Part shown: positions 41,401 to 56,400 of the stretch, piece after piece
How the letters are laid out: every line of letters starts with the position of its first letter
Numbering within the stretch: the stretch's first letter is position 1
Source of the DNA: an uncultured Chlamydiae bacterium
GTDB lineage: Bacteria; Chlamydiota; Chlamydiia; Chlamydiales; SM23-39
Direction of reading: 5' to 3'
DNA: 64,000 nt
Assembly (NCBI GenBank): GCA_963828125.1
Contig: CAWHDP010000002.1
Coordinates: 1,120,001-1,184,000 of the forward strand
Translations under genes and position numbers: made by a program
The notes under the pieces: model-generated
The model's input: the letters and a program-made list of their open reading frames with translations, nothing else
Database searches by the model: none
Told to the model about the DNA's origin: nothing

Positions 41401-44400
41401 TTCACCGTAATCGTTCCAGTCCCCGATCCCAAAGTGAGATTGCCGCCGCCGTCGATTGTGGAGCTAAACGTGATATTTTGATTCGCCGCAAAAGTCGATA
41501 CCGAAGCTGTTCCCGAAAGGGTCACGGCATTCGAAAATTGAGCCGCCCCCCCAACAGTCATCGCATTCGAAAGAGTGGCGGCGCCCGTCTGGGTGAATCC
41601 TCCGCCAATCGTTGCCACAGCCCCCGCATTATAAATAGAGCTCCCCGTCCCCGAGACATTCAATGGACCTGCCGCCGCCGTCGTAATCGCCCCGTTGAAT
41701 ATAAAGTTCGTCCCCGTCAGCACAATGCCCCCCGCCGCATTGGCATTCAGCGCTCCAAAAGCGCTCGTCGCCGACCCGCCCAGCTGAGTGATCGTCGAAG
41801 CGTAAATAGCGCCCGCCGAAAGGCTCCCCTCATTGACAAAAGTGACACTCGCGAGATACATCCCAACCGTTCCGAGCGCCCCGCTCAGGGTGATATTTCC
41901 ATTATCTGCATTGAGGCTCAGGTTATAGGCCCCCTGAACCGTTTGACTGAAGGTGATCGCGCCGCTCCCTGTCCCGCTGCTCAAAAAAAGGTCGGCTCCC
42001 ATCGTAACGGGGCCTGCAAACGAGATCGCCCCCCCGTTGGTCGTTACCGAACCGCCGATCGTCACAGCCCCTGCCCCCGTTTGCCCAAACGATCCCGCCA
42101 CAGTGATCGCCCCTGCAGCCGTGCTTGTGAAGAGCCCGCTATTGGCTATCGCGAGGGGGCCCCCATTGAGCGTGGTGATCGTGCTATTTCTAGTGACGGC
42201 GCTCGCCGTGATCGCTATCCCCGAAGCGCCTGTCGTGGTGATGGGGCCGTTGAAAGTCGTAGTCCCGCTGCCGCTCTGCTGGGTAAACGACGCCGCCGTC
42301 ACGGCCTCTGTCGTTATATTGCCGGCATTTGCAATCACGACGGCGCCGAGGGGCGTATTGGATCCAACATTGCTTTGCAATTGGATCGTCCCTGTGCCTG
42401 CCCTTAACGTGACTGGGAAAGCGCCGTCAACGGTCCCTCCAATCGTGATATTTCCGTTCCCTCCGCTTGTATCAACGACGAGCGCTTTGATGAGGGTGAT
42501 GTTGTGGTTCGCCTCGATCGATCCGGTAAGACTCGTGAGCGATCCCCCAAGCAAAGAGACCCCGGTCGAATTCTGTGTGATCGATCCCGATATCGTATAG
42601 ATCCCCCCTTCAACCCCGCCCGATACCGTCCCTGTCGTCGACAGCGTCAAAGGCCCCCCGTTGCTCGTCGTCACCGCGGCGTTGCTGCTGATATTTTGAC
42701 CGGTCAGCGAAATCCCCGAAGAGCCGTTTGTATTCAACGCGCCATTGAATGTAAAAGTCCCTGAACTCCAACTGAGAGCCAGAGCTGCCGCTGTGATCGC
42801 ATTCGATGTGATATTCGAGGCGGAGTCGATCTCGAGCGTACCGAGACGAGTCCCCCCTCCTATAGCGCCGGTAAAGACGATATTTCCCTCTCCGGCGGCA
42901 AGGGTTAAATTGTACCCCCCGTCCAACGTGCTCAAAAAGGCAATCTGCTGTCCGGCGGCTGCCGTCGTAATCGAGCTTGCTCCAGTCAACGAAACAGCTC
43001 CAGAGAAAGAGACTCCATCCCCTGCCGTCATACTATTTGCCAACTGAACAGATCCGCTCCCTGTTTGGGTGAGCCCTCCGCTTAAATTGAGGGTAGCTCC
43101 CGACTGAAAAATGACCAGCCCCGTATTATTCATAGCGAGAGACCCCGAATTGGTTGTAGTCACGGCGCCCTCGAAGGTAAACGCCGACCCAGTCAGATTG
43201 ATCCCGAGAACGTTCGTCGTCGAGAGGGCGCCGCTGAAGGTCGATGAGCCGGCAGATTGAGTGAAACTGCCGACGTTCATCGTCCCTGCGGTGACGCTGC
43301 CAGCGCTTGAAATCGTTAAGCTATTCAGCGGGAAAGAGCCCCCCACTGCACCGGAAAAGGCGATGTTTCCGCTGCCAGCTGCAAGAGTTAAACTCCGTGT
43401 GCCCGCCGCATCGCCATCGATGGTCCCCCCAAATGTAATTCCGGCGCCTCCAGTCGTTAAAGTGGCGTTTGCGGTCGTATCGAGCACAACGGCCGCCGGA
43501 AATGTGAGAGCGCCTCCGCTCGTCGTGATATTAGCTCCCAGATAGACCGTTCCCGTCGAAGAGAGGCTCACCCCATTCGAAACGATATTGCCATGGATGT
43601 ATAGATTGCCCCCAGTCAAAGAGAGAGAGGCTAATTCAGAGCTGCTGGCCGTCCCGATCGAAGAGAGGGTCATCGAGCCTGTCCCTGCATTGAGCGTTAC
43701 GGTTCGCAAATCGGCTGTCACAGCATCCAGCGGCGAGAGGGTGATCGCCCCATTATTCGAGTTGATCGTCAAATTCGTCCCCATCGCAAGGGTCATCGCA
43801 GCCGCACTGAACTCGATCGGCGTCCCTTGGCTGGTCAAAGTAGTCAAAGATCCTGAAGTAAATTCCACCAAACTGGCATTGTAGCTTTGCGTGTTATAGC
43901 GATAGTTGGTTCCCGAAAAGACGATCGAGTTCACTGCTGTCAAAGTGGCCGCACCGCTCACCCCGACCAACCCGTCGCCTACGTTCGCCAGCGATATGTT
44001 CTTTCCAGCAATGTTCAGCGCGCTCAAAGCGCTTAGAGCGCCAATCGTTCCGTTAATAGCCACATTGCCAGGTCCTGCCAAAACCGTCAGCGAATACCCC
44101 CCATCAATTGTACTCGACAAGGTCACCCCTCCCGGTCCCGTTCCCGCATTGAGAATCGAATCTCCCGTAAGGGAAATGGGTCCCGCGATCGAAAGATTTT
44201 GGTTGTCGGTCGTAATATTTGCGCCGAGCGAAACCGCCCCAGATCCTGTTTGAGCGAAGGTTCCATTGATAGAAAAAGGGGCGTTGACTGCCAGGGCTCC
44301 TGCCACGGAGAGAGGGCCGTTGAGCAGCGTGGTGACTGGAGCATTGAAGGTAAATGCGCTTCCCGTCAGGGAAATCCCGCTCCCTCCGCTCGTCGACACA

Positions 44401-47400
44401 GCTCCATTACAGGTCGTTGTCCCCGAGCCTGTTTGAACGATGTATGTGGCGCTCACCGCTTGTGTCGACACCGCACCATTCGATCCGATAGTGAGCGATG
44501 CGAGCGGCGCCGTCCCCCCGACCGCGCTGCCGAGAGTCACCCCTCCGCCGGCCGCAGAGAGGGTCACATTATAATTGCCATCGAGCGTCCCCATTAAAGT
44601 GATCGTGCCGCCCGTCGTCCCTGAGCTGAGCGAAATATCTCCAAACATCGTAATCGGGCTTGAAAAGGTGATCGGTTGGTTGGTTGTTGTCAATGAACCG
44701 CTCAAAAGGACAGGGCCCGTTCCATTTTGGAGATAATATCCGGCGACGCTGACGCCGGTGTTGCCCTCCAGATTCAACGTGCCGCTATTCGTCCATGTAA
44801 CTGAGCCGCTGTTTGTGGTGGTCACGCTGCCGCTCCGAGTGATAGTATTTCCGGTCACGGAAATGGAGCCTGCCATATTGATCGTTCCAATCATCCTCGT
44901 CGTCCCGGTCCCCGCGAGCTGCATAAACCCCGCCGCTTTGAGATTGCCGACTGTCAGATTATTAACGCTCGTCACAGAGATCGTTCCCAGCCGGGCGCCC
45001 GTGCCAATATCGCCGTTCACGGTAATATTGCCGCTCCCGGCGTTCAAAGTCAGATTCTCAGCGCCGTCGATGGTGCTAGAAAAGACAATATCCCCTCCAG
45101 AAAGACTGGTGTCAAACGCTGTTGGCGCCACCAAATTAAGGGCTGTATTATTTGTGATCCCTCCCGTCGTGGCAATGACCTCGCCGCCAAAGTCCAATAC
45201 CCCCGTCCCTAAATTGGTCACAACCACAGATCCGGCTGTGATCGGACTCACAGAGGAGCCTCCGATGACGCCTGTAAAATTGACAATGAGCGGCCCCCCA
45301 TTGGAGACGGTCAGTCCCGCATTCCGGAGCACATTATCGACATTCAGCGTGACGCCGGCAGAGCCGCTTGTATTGAGATTGCCATTGAGAGTGGCCGACC
45401 CCCCTGTTTCGGTCACATTCACCGAGAGAGCTGAAAAGGCCGCCGCAGTCAAATTGGCGCAGCTATTTACGATGAAGGTTCCAATGGGGGTGCTCCCTCC
45501 CACAGTCCCGCCCAAACTCACATTCCCAGTGCCCGCAGTCAGGGTGAGGCCTTGAGCGTTCAGTGTCGTCCCGTCGATCGTACTCATGAAGGTGATATTT
45601 CCAGCTCCCGTCCCTGAATTGAGGGTGAAATTGCTCGTCAAGGTGACCGCGCCCGTATACAAAATATTTCCGTTATCCGTCGTGATCGATCCCCCGATCA
45701 AAACAGGACCTGTGCCGGTCTGGGAGTAAGAGCCGCTGATCGTCGCTGTCGTACCCGTTCCAGCTTGCAACGTCCCGCTATTATTGACCGTCAGCGAACC
45801 TCCATTCGTTGTGACGATGTTGCCGTTTCGGACAAAATTCGTCCCTATCTTGTTGATTCCGCCCGAACCGTTGGTGTTCAAATTGCCATTATACGTCGAC
45901 GTGCCGCTCCCCGCCATCTGAGTGATGCTCGAGGCCGTAATCGCTAAACTTGTGAAATTGGCGACGCTCGCCACCGTCAAAGCCCCGAGCCGCGTCACTC
46001 CCCCTGCCGCCCCCATCAAGGTGATATTGCCAGCCCCCGCCGTGAGGCTTAACCCCCCTGGGCCATCCAGCGTACTAGAGAACAAAATATGGGCTCCCCC
46101 CGAATTCATCGTCGTCAAGCCGCTCATCACCACGCCGCTTCCGAACTGAATCAAAGCGTCTGACGTCGTGATCGATCCGGCCAATTGACTCGATCCGATC
46201 CCCGTCTGAGTGAAACCGCCGCTCAAACTCAAGGCTCCGCTTGTTCCGAGAACAAAGGTCCCCGCAACCGAGATCGCCGCAGGGCCGCCCGCCGCAGTGG
46301 AGAGCGAGCTATTGATCGTCAAATTATTCCCCGTGAAGTTGAACCCTGACGCATGGGTCAACACAACCGCCCCGTTGAGCGTCGTCGTCCCCGTTCCCGC
46401 CGCCTGATTGAAGGCGGCGGCTGAAAGGGCGACGGCCGTCACGTTGTTAGCATTTGTGATTGTGAGGACGCCGAGGGGATTGACCCCTCCAAGAGCGCCG
46501 GAAAAAACAATATTGGAGCCGCCTGAGACCAAAGTGAGAGGGTCCGTCCCATTCAGCGTGCTGGAGAAGGTGATATTTCCTCCGGCAGGCGATCCTCCGC
46601 TGTGGGTCGAATCGATCACAAGGCCAGTCGTGATCGCCACAGGCCCCGTCATTCCGATGAGCCCTCCGCTCGTCGTCAAGTTGCCGCTCAATGTAACGGA
46701 CGAACTTCCCGTATAGCTGATTCCCCCCGTTGTGAGCGCCGTGGAGTCCTGCACGACGGCCAAACCGCCTGCAGTCAAAGAACTCAGAGCCGTTCCCCCT
46801 CCGACTGCGCCGCCCAAAGTCACCGTGCCGCTTGCCCCCGCCGTCAGCGTTAAATTCTCCGATCCATCGATCGTACTCGACGCCGTAATGCTAGCGCCTG
46901 CCGTCGCAACGACATCGCTCGTCAACGTGACGGCAGAGTTCCAATGGATCGCCCCGCTGCTTGCCGTGAGATTCCCATTGAGAGTCGTAGCTCCCGTATA
47001 GCTGATGGCGCCGCTCGTCTTCACTGTGGAGCTTTGCGTAACTGAAAGGCCGCTTGCGCTCAACGAGGCGAGCGGCGTAGTTCCCCCGACCGCGCCCGTG
47101 AGGCTCACAGTCCCTGCCGTCCCACCAGTGAGGGTCAATCCAAAGGCCCCGTTGACTGTACTCGAGAGCCCAATGTTCGCCCCGGCTGGCGACCCTCCCC
47201 CATTCGTCGTGTCCATCGCGACAGCCTGAGTCAAAACGACCGGCCCCGTCGACATCACGGCTCCCGCCTGGGTCTCAATATTTCCCCCTAAATCGATCGC
47301 GCTAGAGGCCGTGTAACCGACCGTCCCCGCCGCAGCGACCGACGATCCTTGGACAACTGTCGTCCCGTTTGCGCTGAGAGACGCCAGCGGCGCCGCCGAC

Positions 47401-50400
47401 CCGACAGCGCCTGTCAACGTCAGCGTAGTTCCGGTCAAACTCAGAGCGTAGTCTCCATCCACTGTCTGTGAAAACGTAACAGCTGCCCCGCTGACCGACA
47501 CTGTATTGACCGTGAGCCCGCTCGTTAACGTCACCGGCGCTGCAAAGGAGACCCAATTATCGGCCGTCTGGATGTTGCCCCCAATCGACACAGAGCCCGA
47601 ACCCGTTTGTTCAAACGGTCCGCCCAAAGAGTATACAGTCCCCGCCGAGCTGAACGTCCCGCTGTTATTCAAGACCAAAGCGCCGCCGCTTCCCGTTGAG
47701 ACAGAGCCGGAGAGGACGATGGCGCCAGTTGCAATATTGATCCCTCCCGACCCGGTCGCCGTCAAGCCGCCGGCAAACGTCGTCGTCCCAGCGCCGCCGG
47801 TTTGAGTGAAGGAACCCATGCTAGCGCCGCTGCTGAACGTCACATTTTGTGCGGTACCGACGGTGATTGACGTCAGCGGCGAGGAGCCCCCAACGAGACC
47901 TCCGAAATGGACCGAATTCCCTGAACCTGGATTGAATGTGACGTTCCGCGCTCCTCCTCCATCCGAATTGAGTGTGCTATTGAACGTGACCGAGCCGCCC
48001 GAAAAGATGAGGTTGTTCGCGGCGATCAGCACAGGGGTGTTATAAGTGGCGGAACCGGTCACGTTCGCCGTAATCGAGGTCACAACGGGGGAGTTGAACG
48101 AAGAGGTATTGGCATAATAGGTCCCAATGACAATAGGATCCCCCGTAACAGTCAAACTGTTCAAGTTATTTCCCGCCGAGCCGATATTTCCGAGGGTTGC
48201 GCTCCCCGTCTCCGCATTCACGATGACATTCTGACCCGGCCCCGTCAAATTCGGAATCACGATATCGCCGTTATTGCTGATCACCGAAAGATCGGTTCCT
48301 CCGCTCAAGACAATCGTCCCCGTGACAAACGAGATGGGCAAGCCGCTCGATGAAACAGTCGTCAAAGCGCCTGCTGTAAAATTAAAATCGGTCCCCGCGG
48401 TATAGGTTTGAGTTCCATCGGAAATCGTCGTCCCCGTAAAGTTGATCGCCCCCGCTGACGTCACCATCGTAACGCCCGTCGAAATCGTGGATCCTGTCCC
48501 TCGGCTTGCCAAATTAATTGTGCCGCCATTGGCTGTGAAATTGTTGAGCGGCACCACGCCGCCCATTGTTCCGCCCACAGTGATCGTCCCCGATCCAGCT
48601 TCAAGATCGATGTTTCTCCCTGCCACATCGCCGTTGATCGTCCCGGTGATTCCAATATTGCCTCCGCTCGAGTTGAGCGTCACATTGTTATTCGCCGTCC
48701 GGGTGACATTCCCTGTGAGCGTAATATTGCTACTGGTCGTCCCGATATTTGCGCCCAAACTGATCGCCCCTGTCAGCAGCGTGGCCCCTGTCGTCGTAAT
48801 GGCCCCCGTCTGAACAATCGAACCCCCAGCTGCCGTCAAGGCGTTCAACGCCGTCCCCCCGCCCACTGCCCCGCTCAAAGTGATCGTCCCCGTCCCCGCC
48901 AGCAAACTCAACGGTTCGGCCCCATTCACCGTACTCGAAAAAGTAATCGCCGCCCCGCCCCCGCTCGACGTATTTGCCGTCACACTTCCCATGAGCGCTA
49001 CCGCTCCCGTCATCGAAATAGGGCCGCTCGTCGTCGTCAGATTGCTATGCAGCACAATCGGACCGGTATAGCTGATAGCTCCCGCCGCCACAACTGTCGA
49101 GTTCTGCGTCACGCTAGCGCCTGTCGCCGAAATCGACGAAGGGGGGGCGCCGCTTCCGATGGCCCCAAACGAAATGACGCCCCCAGTCCCTCCATTCAAG
49201 GTCAAAGAACCCGCTCCATCGACCGTCGAAGAAAAACTGATCCCCGCCCCTCCCGGCGTCCCGTTGCCATTCGTTGTATCGACCGTCCAATTCGTCGAAT
49301 ATCCCACAGCCCCCGTCATCCCGACAGGACCGCCGTTTGTCGTCACATTCCCCGCAATGCTAATGGCCCCCGTATAGCCCAAGCCCCCGGCCCCCGTATT
49401 CGCAGTCCCGCTTTGCGTGAGCGTAGCCCCGCCTGCCGAAAGGGCGAAGAGCGGCACGCTAGCGCCTACTGAACCGGTGAAGACGACGGCCCCCGTTCCC
49501 GCCGTGACAATGAGAGTCTGGTTCCCATTGACCGTGCTATAGAAAGTGACCCCGGTTCCACCCCCGCTCACTGTGACACTCCCCGTAAGGGCCACAGCCC
49601 CATGCATTCCGACAGCCGCATTGTCCGTCGTCACATTGCCGCCTAAGCTGATCGCGCCGGTGTAGCTGACGGCCCCCGTCGTCTGTACGCTCGAACCCTG
49701 AATCACACTCAACCCGTTTGCGCTCAGCGTGGTCAACGGAGTCCCCGACCCCACTGCGCCATTCATGGCAATCGCCCCTCCAGTCCCCCCTTTGAGACTC
49801 AAGGCGTTGCCCCCATCGACCGTACTGGAGAAAGTGATATTGGCCCCGCCCGCAGCTCCGCTCGTGGTATCGAGCGTCAAATTGGCGTGCAAGGCTACAG
49901 CCCCCGTCAAACTCATTGAGCCGCCGCTCGTCGTCATATTCCCGTACAAAGCAATCGCGCCGCTATAGCTCACTGCCCCCACCGCAGTCACAGCGTCGCT
50001 TTGCGTCACGGCAGCGCCGCTCGCCGTCAGCGCGCTGAGAGGAATCGTCCCGCCGACAGCCGATGAAAACGCCACCGTTCCCGTCGAGCCTGCTGTCGCG
50101 CTCAAATTTTGCGTCCCATTGACCGTACTGGCCAAAGTGATATTTGCGCCGGTGGGCGTAGCGCCGCCATTTGTCGTATCCAGGACCACTCCGCTCGTCA
50201 AACTAGCCGCTCCCGTCATCCCGATAGCGCCGCCGCTCGTCGTCACGCCGCCGTTCAAACTCACGGCTAGGCTCCCATTATAACTGACCGCTCCCACCGT
50301 CTGCACCGTCGAGCTCTGTGTAATTGTCGTCCCGCTCACCGTCAAAGAGGCGAGCGGCGTCGATCCTCCGACAGCGCCCGACAGAGTGACCGCCCCAGCC

Positions 50401-53400
50401 CCGCCTCCCCTCAACGTCAACGACCGATTTCCATTGATCGCATTTGAAAAGCCGATATTGGCCCCGCCGCCGCTCGTCGTATCGGCGATCACCGTATTCG
50501 TCAAGCCGACAGGACCCGTCATCGCAATCGCTCCGCTTGCCGTCGTTATATTGCCCCCTAAATGGATAGCGCCCGTATAGCTGACGGCCCCCGTCGTTTG
50601 AACGGTCGAACTTTGTGTGACCGTAGCGCCCGACGCCGTGAGCGAGGTAGGCGCCGCCATGCTACCCACCGCGCCGCCCATCGTTACGACCCCAGCTGAG
50701 CCCCCCGTCAGAGTTAAACTCTGAGACCCATTGGCGTCGAGCGTCGTCGAAAAAGAGATATTCGCGCCCAGAGACGTCCCCCCTCCATTGGTGCTATCGA
50801 CGAGCCAGTTCGTATAAAAAGCGACAGGCCCCGTCATCTGAATGGCGCCCCCGCTCGTCGCCACATTGCCGTAACTTTGGATCGCGGTAGAACCTGTATA
50901 CTGCACAGCCCCCAGCACATTCACCGTCGAGCTTTGGACAATGGTAGCGCTATTGACCGTCAAAGAGGCCAGCGGCGTCGTCCCTCCAACCGCCCCCGTC
51001 AATGTCGCTGTCGCCGACCCTCCATTCACAACTAAACCGTTATTCCCATTGACCGTGCCGCCAAAGGTAATCCCAGCGCCGCCGCCCGCCGTCGTATCGG
51101 CCGTCACAGGACCCGTAAGCGTGACAGCCCCATTCATTCCGATCGTCCCATTCGCCGTCGTCGTCAAATTGCCGCCCAAACGAATCGCCCCGGTATAATT
51201 GATATTGCCCGTTGTCGTGACAGTCGAGCCCTGCGTAACCGTAGCCCCTGTTGCACTGAGCTGCGCCAAGGTGCCGATCGCCCCGTTCATCGCAATCGTC
51301 CCGACAGCGCCGCTCGTCAAAGTCAAATTCTCCGCCCCGCTCACAGAGCTCGACAACACGATATTGGCGCCATTCGGCGCGCTATTTGCCGTATTAAGCG
51401 CTACAGCCCCGAACAGCGTCACAGCGCCGTTCATTCCAATCGCGCCGCCATTTGTCGTCACCCCTCCGTAGAGTGCAATCGATCCATTGTAGGTGATCGC
51501 CCCCGTTGCAGCGGCGCTCGAGCTTTGCGTGATGCTCAAGCCTGTCGCCGTTAAAGACGCGAGCGGCGTCGTCCCTCCGACAGCTCCCGAAAACATCACA
51601 GCCCCGCTAGCGCCGCTTTTTAACGTCAACGACTGCCCGTTATCGACCGTCGTTGAAAAACTGACGTTCGCCCCTGCCGCTACCCCGCCGCCGTTCGTCG
51701 TATCGACGACAACAGCGCTAAATAACGACACAGCCCCCGTCATCCCCACAGCTCCGCCGCTTGTCGTGAGCGCTCCATAAAGACTGATCGGACCCGTGTA
51801 GCTGATCGCCCCCGCAGTTTGAACAGAGGCGCTCTGGACGATAGAGCCTCCGCTCACAGTGAGAGAGGCCAGGGGGACGCCCCCTCCAACGACCCCTGTC
51901 AACGTCGCCGTCCCTGTTCCTGCCCTCACCGACAAAGTCTGATTCCCATTGAGAGTGCCGCCAAAGGTGATCCCCGCCCCGCCGCCGCTCGTCGTATCGG
52001 CGATCACAGAGCCCGTGAGCGTAACCGCTCCACTCAGGCCGATGGTTCCGCTCGCCGTCGTCAAATTGCCGCCCAGATTGATCGCGCCGGTGTAGCTGAT
52101 GCTCCCCGTTGTCGCCACACTAGACCCTTGCGTAATCGTAGCTCCCGTTGCACTGAGCTGCGTCAACGTCCCGACCGCCCCATTCAATGCGACCGTGCCC
52201 CCAGTCCCTGCCGTTAAAGTCAGATTTTCAGCTCCGCTCACCGTGCTAAAAAAGGTGATATTGGCTCCCGCCGGCGCGCTATTGGTCGTATCGAGGGCGA
52301 CCGCTCCATACAGTGTGACGGCGCCATTCATGCCGATCGTGCCGCCATTTGTCGTTAAATGATTGTAGAGTCCGATCGCGCCGGTATAACTGATAGCCCC
52401 CGTCGTTTGGACAGTCGAGGATTGAGTGATCGTCGATCCGCCAGCCGTTAGGGTCGTTAAACGGGTCGTTCCTCCAATGGCCCCCCCAAAAGAGATCGCT
52501 CCCCCGGTTCCCCCCGACACGCTGAGTGTTTGGGCTCCATTGATCGTACTCGAAAAGACGACCCCCGCGCCGGCGGGCGTCCCGCCCCCGTTCGTCGTAT
52601 CGAAGATAATGGGGCTGAGCAAAGAGACAGCTCCCGTCATCCCCACAGCGCCTCCCGCCGTCGTCAAATTCCCGCCGAGGGAAATCGCCCCCGTGTAATT
52701 GATTCCGCCCGACCCAGCCTTGACTGTCGAACTTTGGGTCACGCCCACTCCGCTCGCCGTCAGCGCCGTCAACGGAGTCGCTCCGCCGACAGCGCCGCTA
52801 AAGCTCACTGTTCCCGCCCCGCCCGTGATACTTAGACTTTCGGCCCCATTGACCGTACTTGAAAAGCTGACATTGCCTCCCGAAGTACCGATAGCGACCA
52901 ACGCCGTCAAGGAGACGGGCCCCGTCATCCCAACTGCGCCGCCCGCCGTCGTCAACCCCCCATTGAGCGTGATCAGAGTAGTGCCGCTATAACCGATATT
53001 TCCCGTTGTTTGAACGGTTGCGTTTTGGGTGATATTATTTCCTGTTGCAGTGAACGAGGCTAAAGGAGTTCCCCCGCCCACAATGCCGCTCAACGTGACC
53101 GTTCCGCTCATACCGCCCGTTAACGTCAAACTTTGAGCGCCATTGATCGTACTCGAAAAAGAGAGGATCCCCCCCGTAGGAGCCACTCCTCCATTCGTCG
53201 CATCGATCACAACCGTTCCCCCCAAAGAGAGCGCCCCCGTCATCGTCACGTTGGCGGCGCTTGTCGTGATGTTGCCGCTTAAAGCGACAGCCCCTGTGTA
53301 GCTACAAGCGCCGACCGTTTGGACGCTCGAATTTTGCCCGATATTTGCCGCTGTGACGCTGAGTGAGCTCAAAGGGGTCGTAGATCCGACCGCCGCTAAG

Positions 53401-56400
53401 AACGTCGTCGTCCCCGTTCCTCCAACCACAGTGAGCGGCTCTCTTCCATCCACCGTGCCGTTAAAACCGATGTTCGCATTATTCGAGGTGATCGTGCTCG
53501 TTCCCGTCAAAAGGAGTGGGATGCCAATGATCAAAGGATTGGCCCCAGACACAGTCATGTTATTGCCAACCCGAACCTGACTGCCATTTGTGAAGACCAA
53601 ATTTGTGAGCGGTATCGCCCCCACCGCGCCCGTCAATGTGATGACCCCCCCAGCGCCCCCTTTGAGGGTCAACGCCTGGGCGCCGCTCACTGTGCTCGAA
53701 AAACTGATATTGGCCCCGCCAGCAGCCCCATTCGTCGTATCGGCGGTGAAGCCAGTCCCCAAGCTCACAGGCCCGCTCAGCCCAATCGCCCCCCCGCTCG
53801 TCGTGATACTCGCTCCATTGAGATTGATCACCGTCGCCGCGGTATAATTGACAGCCCCCGTCGCCGCTACCGTCGAACTTTGCGTGATCGTCGCTGCATT
53901 CACAGTCAACGATCCGAGCGTGCCGACAGCTCCGCTAAAGGTCGTCGTCCCCGTTCCTCCGGCAATCGTCACGGCCGCAGCTCCACTGACCGTACTCGCA
54001 AACGTAATGGCCGCATTATTCGAGGTCATTGTGCTTGTCCCAGTGAATGAGACAGGGAGCGCGAAGGAGAGGACGCTCCCGCCGCTGACCGTGACGTTAT
54101 TTCCGATTTGAATGAGCGCGCCATTGATAAAAATGAGATTCGTAAGCGGAGAGCTCCCCCCAACCGCCCCGCTGAACGCGATCGTCCCCCCCGTCCCCCC
54201 TTTTAAGGTCAAATTCTGCGCGCCGTTGACCGTATTCGAGAAGTTGATATTGGCCCCCGCGGCTGTCCCGCCGCTATTGGTGGTGTCGGCCGTGAACCCA
54301 GTCCCTAAACTCACAGGCCCTGCCATTGTGATCACACCGCCGCTCGTCGTGACACTAGCTCCATTGAGATTGATGGCGCTCGATCCGGTATAGCTCACCA
54401 GCCCGGTCGCGGCGACCGTCGAACTTTGAGTGATCGTCGCCGCAGTCACATTCAACGAACTCAAAGGCGTCGCGCCGACAGCCCCCGACAGCGTCGCCGT
54501 ACCGCTCCCCGCCGTCAACACCAGCGCCTCCGCTCCGCTGACCGTCGTCGAAAAGCTAATATTGCCCCCCGACGTACTCGCCGTCACTCCAGCCGTCAGC
54601 GACACAGGCCCCGTCATGCCGATAGCGCCCCCACTCGTCGTGAGCCCCCCATTCAACGTAATCAATGTGGAGCCGCTATAGCTAATCGCCCCCGACGTCG
54701 TCACCGTAGCGCTTTGGGTCACGCTCGCACCCGTCGCAGTCAATGAACTGAGCGACGCCACCCCCCCGACAATCCCACCCATCGTCACCGAGCCGCTCGT
54801 GCCGCTGGTCAGCGTCAAATTTTGGGCCCCATTGATCGTGCTGGAAAACGAGATCGTATTCCCAGCGTTGCTCGCGCCCGCATTCGTCGCATCGACGATC
54901 ACGGCTCCGGTAGGGAGCGTCACAGCCCCTACCATCCCTATAGAACCCCCGCTCGTCGTCACATTGCCGCCTAAACCGGCAGCTCCAGTATAACTGATCG
55001 CCCCCGTCGTCTTCGCAGATGAGCTCTGTGTAATCGTAGAGCTTGTAACCGTCAGCGCACTCAAAGCAATCGCCCCCCCGACTGCGCCCGTAAACTGAAC
55101 CGTTGCTGTTCCCCCATTCACAATCAACGCCTGTCCCCCATCCAGCGTGGACGCAAAGGTGATATTCCCCCCACCGCCTGCAGACGTACTGATCGTCACC
55201 GGCCCCGTCAAAGAGACCGCCCCGTTCATTTGGACAGTCCCATTAGCCGTCGTCGTCAGATTATTCCCTAAATTGATCGCACCGGTATAATGAATCGTCC
55301 CGGTCGACGTACTGGCTGTCGAACTTTGCGTCACGGTAGCGCCGCTCGCAGTCAAAGAAGTGAGCGCTGTTGTCCCTCCAACGGCCCCCGTGAACGTCAC
55401 AACGCCCGCGCTGCCGCCCGTCGCAACCAACGCTTGAGCGCCATTGACCGTATTCGAGAAATTGATATTGGCCCCCGTCGACGTCCCCCCCCCATTCGTC
55501 GTATCCGCCGTGAATCCAGTCCCTAAACTCACAGGCCCTACCATCGTGAGCAATCCGCCGCTTGTCGTAAGGCTCGCCCCATTTAGATTGATGGCGCCCG
55601 ATCCGGTATAAGTCACTGAGCCCGTCGTGGCGACAGTCGAACTTTGGGTAATCGTCGCCGCGGTCACATTCAACGAACTCAAGGCAGCCGTCCCCCCGAC
55701 AGCACCGGTGAACGTCGTCGTTCCGGCCCCTCCGACAGTCGTTACAGCTGCAGCTCCATTGACTGTGCTAGCAAATGTAATGGCCGCATTATTCGAGGTG
55801 ATCGTACTGGTTCCGGTAAATGAGACAGGGAGCGCAAAAGAGAGAGGATTGGCCCCGCTGACCGTGATGTTATTCCCGATTTGGATGAGCGCACCATTCG
55901 TAAATACAAGATTCGTCGGCGCCGCGCTGGCCCCAACCGTTCCATTCAAAGCGATCGTCCCCCCCGTCCCCCCTTTTAAGGTCAAAATTTGCGAGCCGTT
56001 GACCACACTGGCAAACGAGATATTGGCTCCCGCCGCCGTTCCTCCGGCATTCGTCGTATCAATCGTCACAGCAGCGCCTAAAGAGACGCTGCCGTTCAGA
56101 GCGACCGCGCCTCCGCTCGTCGTGATACTATTGTCCAAAGTGATCAACGTCGATCCCCCATAGGTCACTGCGCCGGTCGTTTTTACAGTCGAACTTTGGG
56201 TAATGTTGGCCGCAGTGACGCTGAGAGAGCTCAAGGCGCTCGTCCCCCCGACAGCTCCCGTCAACGTCGTCGTTCCCGTCCCCCCGGCAATCGTCAAGGC
56301 TTCCGCTCCGTTCAACGTGCTGCTAAACCCGATACTCGCATTGTTCGAAGCGATCATGCTGGCCCCAGTGATCAAAGAGACTGGAAGAGCGAAGGTGAGA